A DNA stretch of 59,152 nt, taken from positions 1 through 59,152 of the forward strand of contig CAWFAK010000011.1 in assembly GCA_963813715.1 (NCBI GenBank), given 5' to 3'. The notes under the pieces are model-generated. The model ran no database searches and was not told where the DNA came from. It was given only the letters and a program-made list of their open reading frames with translations. The translations under genes and the position numbers were made by a program. Positions within the stretch are counted from its first letter, which is position 1. Each line of letters starts with the position of its first letter. This document shows positions 51,574-59,152 of the stretch, piece by piece. Origin of the DNA: an uncultured Planctomycetaceae bacterium (GTDB lineage: Bacteria; Planctomycetota; Planctomycetia; Planctomycetales; Planctomycetaceae).

Positions 51574-52767
51574 ATGGCTGTCTCACAGTCTGCGCACTCG
51601 TCGCATACACCCGTGCCGTTCATCGATCTGGTCGCTCAGCATCAAACGATTGCCACCGAAGTTCGCGAGGCGGTCGACCGGGTCTTCGCCTCGCAGCAGT
51701 TCGTGCTCGGCGAGGAAGTGGCGCAATTCGAGACCGAATGTGCCCAGTATTGCGACGCCAACGATGCGATCAGCTGCGCTTCCGGGACCGACGCACTGCT
51801 CTTGGCTTTGATGGCACTGGGCGTGGGCCCGGACGATGAGGTCATCACGACTCCGTTTACGTTTTTCGCCACGGCCGGTGCCATTCACCGGGTCGGTGCG
51901 CGGCCGGTGTTCGTCGACATCGACCCGGTCAGCATGAATCTCGATCCGGATCAAATCGCGCGGGCCATCACGCCGAAAACGCGGGCCCTGCTGCCCGTGC
52001 ATCTGTTCGGCCAATGTGCGGCGATGGAGCCGCTGTGGCGGATCGCCGTGCAGTACGGGCTGGCGATTATCGAGGACGCGGCTCAAGCGATCGGCGCCGA
52101 ATATCGGGGCCGACGGGCCGGCGTGTTGGGGACGATCGGCTGCTTCAGCTTTTTCCCCACGAAGAACCTGGGCGGCGCGGGCGACGGCGGACTGATCACG
52201 ACCGACGACCGGGAACTGGGCCGGCGCCTCCGCCTGCTCCGCGTGCATGGTGACGCGGGCAGTTACCGTCATACGGAGGTCGGCCTGAACAGCCGTCTCG
52301 ACGCGCTGCAGGCCGCCGTGCTCCGCGTGAAGCTTTCCCGCCTGGGCCGGTGGACGGAAGCTCGCCGCACGAACGCCAAGCGTTACCACGTCCTCTTCGA
52401 GAAATACGGACTGTGCGACCAGGTGGTGCTGCCGCGCGAGTCGGCCGATTGTCGCCACGTGTACAACCAGTTCACAATTCGGGTGAAGCACAATCGTCGC
52501 GACGCGGTGCTGGCCTCGCTGCGTTCGCAACAAATCGGCGCGGCGATCTATTACCCGATTCCGCTGCACCGGCAGGAGTGCTTTGCCTCGCTGGGTTATA
52601 AGGCGGGTGACTTGCCCGCTTCCGAGGCGGCCGCCGCGGACGTGCTGTCTTTGCCCATCTTCCCCGAGCTGGGTGCCGAGCGGCAGGATGTCGTGGTTCG
52701 GGGCATTGCCCGCGCGTTGGGCTGCCTGTCGGACAGCGAGACGACGCCGCTACGTCGCGTGGCCTGA
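51574..52767 (+). CDS. DegT/DnrJ/EryC1/StrS family PLP-dependent sugar aminotransferase
   Basis: [42 protein letters not shown]. Confidence 0.95.
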   Translation: MAVSQSAHSSHTPVPFIDLVAQHQTIATEVREAVDRVFASQQFVLGEEVAQFETECAQYCDANDAISCASGTDALLLALMALGVGPDDEVITTPFTFFATAGAIHRVGARPVFVDIDPVSMNLDPDQIARAITPKTRALLPVHLFGQCAAMEPLWRIAVQYGLAIIEDAAQAIGAEYRGRRAGVLGTIGCFSFFPTKNLGGAGDGGLITTDDRELGRRLRLLRVHGDAGSYRHTEVGLNSRLDALQAAVLRVKLSRLGRWTEARRTNAKRYHVLFEKYGLCDQVVLPRESADCRHVYNQFTIRVKHNRRDAVLASLRSQQIGAAIYYPIPLHRQECFASLGYKAGDLPASEAAAADVLSLPIFPELGAERQDVVVRGIARALGCLSDSETTPLRRVA

Positions 52768-53098
52768 GGTTCGCCGCGCCACAACGTGCTTTTTTATCGC
52801 GGTCGGGTGCCGGCTTCCGGGCACCTTTGAGCTCCTTCCGGCGGTTTGCAACGATCACGCCGACGATGGGGCCAAAAACCGCCACCGGGGCGAATCACGA
52901 GTTCGCCCTGTGGGGTGCGCGATTTGACTCTTTGCCTTCTTTTCGATCGCCGTCTTCCACAAAAAACTTGATCGGCGATCATTCCGGCGTTGAAATGACG
53001 GGCGGCGTCAAGTCGGGGATCCGGCCCTTTCGCCGCACCGAGGACGGAGCGTGCGTTCTGGCGCTTCCTCGGACGGCGTCTCTCTCTGGAGCGTCGCC

Positions 53099-56000
53099 AT
53101 GGACGAACGCCAACGCGCGTCCGAACCGCTGCCAACTGTGCTCGCGACCGTCATTGCCGTGCCTCCCGAACGCGTCGGCAGCGTGATCGGTCCCTACAAG
53201 CTTTTGCAGCAGCTTGGCGAGGGAGGCTTCGGCGTGGTCTACCTGGCCGAGCAGGACCAGCCAGTTCGACGCCAGGTCGCACTCAAAATCATCAAGCCGG
53301 GCATGGACTCGGCCCAGGTGATCGCGCGATTCGAGTCGGAGCGGCAAGCCCTGGCGCTGATGGATCACCCGCATATTGCCCGAGTCATCGACGCGGGAAC
53401 GACGGAATCCGGCCACCCCTATTTCGTGATGGAACTCGTGAAGGGTGTGCCGATCACCGAGTATTGCGACAAGAATCACCTGACGCCCGAAGCCCGACTC
53501 AAGCTCTTCCTCGACGTCTGCCAGGCCATTCAGCACGCGCATCACAAGGGAATCATTCACCGCGACATCAAACCCTCCAACGTGCTTGTCACGCTGCAGG
53601 ACGGCGTGCCGGTGGTGAAGGTGATCGACTTTGGCGTCGCCAAGGCGACCGTGCAGAGACTGACCGACCGAACCCTATTCACGGCCCTTGGCCAGATGAT
53701 CGGCACTCCGCTTTACATGAGTCCCGAACAGGCGGGAGTGAGCGCCCTCGACGTCGACACACGAACCGACGTCTATTCGCTCGGCGTGTTGCTGTACGAG
53801 TTGTTGACGGGCACCACGCCGCTGGAAGCGAAGCGGCTGCGTCAGGCGGCCCTGGCCGAGATGCAGCGGCTGATCTGCGAGGAAGAATCGCCGCGGCCGA
53901 GTTCGCGGCTATCGTCGTTGGGAGACACGGCCTCCGTCGTGGCTGTGAACCGGGGCCTGGATCTCAAGCGGCTGACGCAGCTCTTGGCGGCCGACTTGGA
54001 CTGGATCGTGATGAAGGCGCTCGAAAAGGATCGCAACCGTCGCTACGACACGCCCGGAGCTTTCGCCGAAGACATCGACCGCTACCTGCATCATGAGGCA
54101 GTCATTGCCCGGCCTCCGTCGCGAGCGTATCGGCTCAAGAAACTCGTGCGGCGCAATTGCGCGGCTGTGCTGGCGGCGATCGTCGTAGCCATCAGCCTCG
54201 TAGCCGGGACGACCGTTTCGGCCTGGCAAGCCGTCCGCGCCACACACGCCGAAGAGTCGGCTTTGAACTCCGCGGCTTCGGAGAGCCGGGCGAAAGACGA
54301 AGCCCTCGCAGCGGCGAGCGCCGAAAGACAGGCCAAGAACGAAGCCACCGCCGCTGCCCGCGCCGAGAAACGCGCCAAGGATGACGCGTTACTCGCGGCC
54401 GCCGCCGAGAAGAAGGCCAAGGACGAGGCGGTCGAGCGCGAGGCCGAGGCCAAGGCCGTGCTTGCATTCGTGGAAAAGCGAATCATCGCGGCCGCGATGC
54501 CAAAGGGCGTTTTGGGCGGGCAGGGGCGCGACATCACGCTGCGACAGGCAATCGACACCGCAGTGCCTTACGTGAGTCAGAGCTTTCCGAAGCAGCCGTT
54601 GATCGAAGCCCGCCTTCGGCTCGTTCTGGGATTTGCCTTCGAGGCCCTGAATTCCCCCGACAAATCGGCGGAGCAGAATCGAGCGGCCCTGGCTTTGTAC
54701 ACGAAGGCTCGCGGCCCCGAGCATCCCGACACAATTATGAGCATGGGCCATCTGGCGACGAGCTATGACTCTCTGGGGCGATCGAACGAGGCCCTCGAGC
54801 TCCGGGAGAAAGTGCTCGTGCTGCGAAAAGCCAGGCTCGGCCCCAACCATCAGGACACAATCCTGGCGATGGAGCACCTGGCGAACAGCTACCACTCTGT
54901 CGGACGGAATGCCGAGGCGCTGGAACTCAACAAGCAGGCGCTTGAGCTGAATCAAGCCGCGCTTGGCCCCGAGCACAGCCAGACCCTGGCCAACATGAAC
55001 AATCTGGCGATCAGCTACGACGCGGCGGGCCGGTACGTTGACGCGCTTGAGCTCGACAAAAGAAGTTTCCAGATTCTCAGAGACGAAGCTGGGCATCAAG
55101 AATCCCGATACATTGCGGATTATGCAGAATCTCGCCACGGACTATGACCATGTTGGCAAGTACCGTGAAGCCATGACCCTCCGCGAGCAGGCGCTGCCGC
55201 TTTTGAAGACCTTGCTCGGACCCGATCATCACGAAACGCTGGCCTGCATGGAAAGTCTGAGCAGCAGCTACATGACTTTCGGCCGGCCGCGCGAATCTCT
55301 CGAAATGCAAGAAGAGGTGGTGAAAATCCGGACTGCGAAATTCGGCGCCGATCACCCCTCCACGCTGGCCAGCATGCACAATCTGGCCATTCGATACACA
55401 TATCTTGGTCGCTTCCAAAACGCCGTCAAAGTCGCTGAAGAGACGCTGAAGCGGAGTAAGGCCAAGCTCGGCGTCGATCACCCGCGCACGCTCGCTCTGA
55501 TGCACTCGCTTGCCGCGGACTACTCCGGTCTGGGACGGAATGCCAACGCGCTCAAGCTTCAAGAGGAAACGTTGGCACTGCGAACAGCCAAGCTGGGGCC
55601 CGATCATCCAGACACGCTTCAGACAATGGTCGACCTGGCCAACAGCCACTTTCGCCTCGGCCACAAGGCCGAAGCACTCAAGCTGTACGAGGCGGTCCTG
55701 CCACTCTTGAAGGCCAAGATGGGAGCCGACCACCGCGACACATTGACCTGCATGGGGAACCTGGCGTCGGCCTACTACGCGGTGGGCCGTCACGCGGAGG
55801 CCCTCAAGCTCCGCCAGGAAACGCTCGCGCTGGTGAAGCCCAAGTACGGCCCGCGCCACGCGGCGACGATCGGCGCCATGAAGAACGTGGCCGAAAGCCT
55901 GGTCGTCCTACACCGCGCCGGCGAAGCGATCCCGATTATCGATGAGCTAATCGAACTGGGTGTGGGCATTGGTGCCGCAGCGGACAAACTCGCACGGCTT

Positions 56001-56366
56001 TTCTCGTTGCGCCTGCAGTGCCTCGAAGAAATAAAGGACGCTGCCGGTTGCATTAAGACGGCCGAGATGTGGGAGAAGCTCGAACGTACCGGTGACCGCG
56101 CGGCCTACTGCTACAACGCTGCCTGCTTCCGCGCAGTTGCCGCTGCCCTGCTCCGCACGGACAAATCGGCATCAGCCGCGAAGCAGGCCGACGCCGAAGC
56201 CGACCAGGCCATGAAGCATCTGAAAGAAGCCGTCGCCTCGGGTTTCAAGGACGCCGCGCAAATCAAGGCCGACAAGGATCTGGATTCCCTCCGCGCCCGC
56301 GAAGACTTCAAGAAACTCGTCGCAGATTTGGAGGGTGATCATCCGAGCAATAAGGCGAAGCCCTAG
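53099..56366 (+). CDS. Ser/Thr protein kinase with a TM segment and kinesin-light-chain-type TPR repeats (frameshift near 55075)
   Basis: [34 protein letters not shown]; repeated LGP.HP.TL..M.NLA; terminal YNAAC and [13 protein letters not shown]. Confidence 0.93.
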
Positions 56367-56816
56367 GGCCGACTGACAAGCAGTCTCTGCCCCGATGGGC
56401 GCAATCGAGGCCATCGCGTCGCGCGCGAAGCGTTCCGAACCGATGTAACAATTGCCGCTGACCTTCCGCGCAATTGGGGACTTTGAAGGGGCCGCGGAGA
56501 GTTTGCGGGCCGCGACGGTTTGATTGGACTCTCGTCGCAACTTTCGGTGTGCTCGCGTTTAAGCGAGTTCGCGCGGCGCCTCGCTGCTAGAGCTTTCCCC
56601 GCTGTCACTCTTTCCCCCATCGTTGGAACAGACGTTGCGTTGCCTCGGCGTGGGCGGAGTCTCACGCTGCGGGCCTTTCTCTGCCGCGGCGCGAAATACA
56701 ATGGACGGCCGGCTCGGCTGTTTGCTCGCCCGCTTGCGATTTCGTCTGCGAGGGTGAGCGCGGGTGTCGATCGTCGACCCGGCTCGGGGCCAACTTCTCG
56801 AATTGCGGAGGGGCAG

Positions 56817-58995
56817 ATGGGCAACTGTTTGGTTCGCGGTGCGTCCTTGCGCCGTGCGATTGGGTCGGCGAGTTTGCAAAACAGAATGAGGACTGACGGC
56901 GGGGCGACGCGCAGCACGCTGCGACACATCCTGGCGGTCGGCGTGTTCTTGGTGGAAGCGGGGCTCGGCATCTGTCGACCGGTCTGGTCTGCACCCGGCA
57001 GCGCGACCAAAGCCACCGCAGTCGCCAAAGAGAGCTGCGCAAGAGCTGCGAAAGACGCCGCCACCAAAGATCCGAGCGGCAAAGACGCGACCTGCAAAGA
57101 AGCCGGCCGGGAAGGCAAAGACGACGAAACCGTTCGCCGCAACACGGCCGTCACGCTCAACTATTGTCGCGCCTCGTTCTATCGCATCCAAAAGTGCCCC
57201 ACGCTGCGGGTGCTGGTCGAAGAGCAGGAAAAGATCCTCAATAATGTCGACCTCAACGGCATCGCCGACCAGGAAGTGATCAAGCTCTACACGGGCGTGC
57301 TGGTTGAGATCAGTGAGATTCGCCTGTCCGACCGCGAGCGGCTCGTGCTCGAGGATAAATATCACAACACGCTGGGCACGCTCTTGACGGCGGACGCGTT
57401 CGACTTCGGCACGCAGCTGGCCTCGGCCCACTATCTGTCGGCGGTGCGGACCGGGGCCCGCAGCTGGTGGGACTATCGCACGTCGGTCAACACCCGCGAT
57501 CTCGACGTCTTTCACGTCGACCAGAAGCGGCTGATGGCGTTCACCGAAAAATCGGGACAGTTCCTCGACACGTTCTGGAAGCTGGCCCGCGATCGCAAAA
57601 TCCCCGACCGCTGGCTGATTCGCAATCAGGATCTGCACAACCTCGAAAAGGCGATGCAGGAGCACGATCCGTCCATCCGCCTGCGTGTGCTCAAGCGGAT
57701 GCAGGACTTCATGGTCTGCTTCCCGCCCTATTGGTACTACGTCGCCCGCACGGAGCAGGCCCTCGGGCGGCTGGCGTGTGCGGCGGAGGGATACGAGCGG
57801 CTCGTCAAAGTTGGGCAGGGGCACTTCCGCAAAGACGAAATGCTGGCGGCCGGACTGGCCAACCGCGCGATGATTCTCGATTACCTCCGCCAGCCGGGGG
57901 CGGTCGAGGCGGCGCTCAAGGCGCTCGATTATTCGAGCGACGTTTGGGAAGCCAACCTGATGTCGGCGCAGGTGCTCGGCCGGAACGGCCGCGCGGCCGA
58001 GGCCGAGGATGCCATCCTCCGCAATCTCGACGTGGAGCTGGAGCGCGATCACAGCCTGGTGGCGATCGTCTCGCTCTACGCCACGACGCACAACATTCAG
58101 AAGCTGCAGTCATGGTTGTCCAACGCGTCGGTCGTGAGCCGCTTGCCGATGCCCACGCTGGTTCGTGCGGCTGCGGTGCTCGGTCCGCGGCGGTTGCCGG
58201 CGGCGGTCGCTGCGCAATGGGCGGCGACCGTGCAGGCGCGGTACGACATCAACTTTGGGGCTGACGATTTCGTGCTCGTCACCACGCCGGCGTGGGGGCT
58301 GCAGGCGTCGGAGATGTCGCTCTTCGTCGGCAAGGATTCGTCGCGGCAGTCGACGATCGCGCTCATGCCCGGCAAGTCGGAAGTCCGCTTTGGCCGCATC
58401 GGCGACGTGGGCCATCTGTTCTACGGCTCGTCCAGCTCGCCGCCGGCCACGCTGCTCGTCAAGTTCCCCGACGCACCGCTGGTCCGCCTGCGGCTCGACT
58501 CGCGGTCGGAGACGGCGTCGGCCAGCTCATCGACGTTTTCGTCCGTCGTCGAAATGCTGACGCCGAGTTCAATGGCCGGCCGACATCAGGCCTTGCAGCT
58601 GGCGACCGTCGAGATCGGCCAGGAGCAATTCGCCGTGGCGGCCCGCTTGAGCGGACCCGAAACGCCGAATTCCGATCCGCAGAACGCGGCCAACACTCCG
58701 CCGATTCCGGGGGGCGTGGCGCCGGCCCAAGCCCAGACCGGTCCGGTCGCTCCCACATCGCCAGCCTCGACGACGGTTTCGCCGTCCCAGTCGGTCGCCA
58801 GTCCTGTCATTGTGAGTCCTGACGGTCGTGGACGCTCCGAAGGCAGAGGCCGACGGCCACGCGGCATCGCGGCCGTTGTCGCTACCGCCGATCCCGCTCC
58901 TTACGTCACCGCATTTCGCCCCTTCGCAGGCGATCAACGCGGGACCGGCGTTTGGCGAGCAACAGACGGCACCGGAGGGCCCGCGGTTCGAGTAG
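56817..58995 (+). CDS. Large hypothetical exported protein with a helical/TPR-like core; absent from the ORF track
   Basis: GGAGG plus ATG 56817; frame translates as ...NTAVTLNYCRASFYRI...EEQEKILNNVDLNGI...FWKLARDRKIPDRWL...FPPYWYYVAR... and runs off the window; a shift near 58820 gives a plausible stop at 58995. Confidence 0.8.
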
Positions 58996-59152
58996 CGTCC
59001 GCTGGAAGATCGGGCGGGATTCGACGCTCTTCGATCGGTGGCTTTTGTTGCGGGTCACTGCTCCCCTTACGGGCAGGCTCGCATGGCAGCTTGCCCCGCA
59101 TGCGGTCACCGGACCCGCGGCGAGCGACGCGTTCCCCTGGTCCGATAGGGCA

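Noticed and set aside
6079..56366. Mass pseudogenisation or programmed frameshifting
   Set aside because: Single-base shifts hit about 15 unrelated genes including murC, ftsQ and ilvE, motifs stay intact and no shared slippery site was seen; sequencing indels are the simpler explanation
56559..58091. 510-aa minus-strand ORF
   Set aside because: Antisense shadow of the + strand gene; the same applies to other long shadows such as 33698-36232 (+) and 39509-41653 (-)

Overview
High-GC chromosomal window, almost certainly from a Planctomycetota genome. The markers are PVC-type CxxCH heme proteins, DUF1559, an expanded set of M56/BlaI systems and Ser/Thr kinases, and a murC-murB-ddl-ftsQ remnant with no ftsA/ftsZ after it. 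About 15 genes carry single-base frameshifts, including murC and ilvE, which points to uncorrected long-read indels rather than real pseudogenes. Coding content: two BlaI/BlaR1(M56) systems with non-canonical sensor domains, a tadE-tadE-tadG trio, an orphan DNA methyltransferase, a membrane-anchored AAA ATPase, comM/yifB, sulP, dcw genes, two DDE transposases, ilvE, a DegT aminotransferase, two kinases and a large gene at the right edge that the ORF track missed. Most notable signals: (1) a modular non-coding element of more than 1 kb present twice in inverted orientation, with a 98-bp invariant core and GGGACGGGAC-punctuated slots holding several different REP/MITE-like hairpins, one copy hit by an IS4 element exactly at that motif with an 11-bp target duplication; (2) in-frame Shine-Dalgarno plus start codons at the protease/sensor junction of two unrelated M56 genes, with a stand-alone paralog that begins at that same junction; (3) a two-gene AT-richer cassette bracketed by 140-bp REPIN-like direct repeats. 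No tRNA, rRNA or CRISPR array was recognised. All family calls come from motif recognition by eye; no database search was run.
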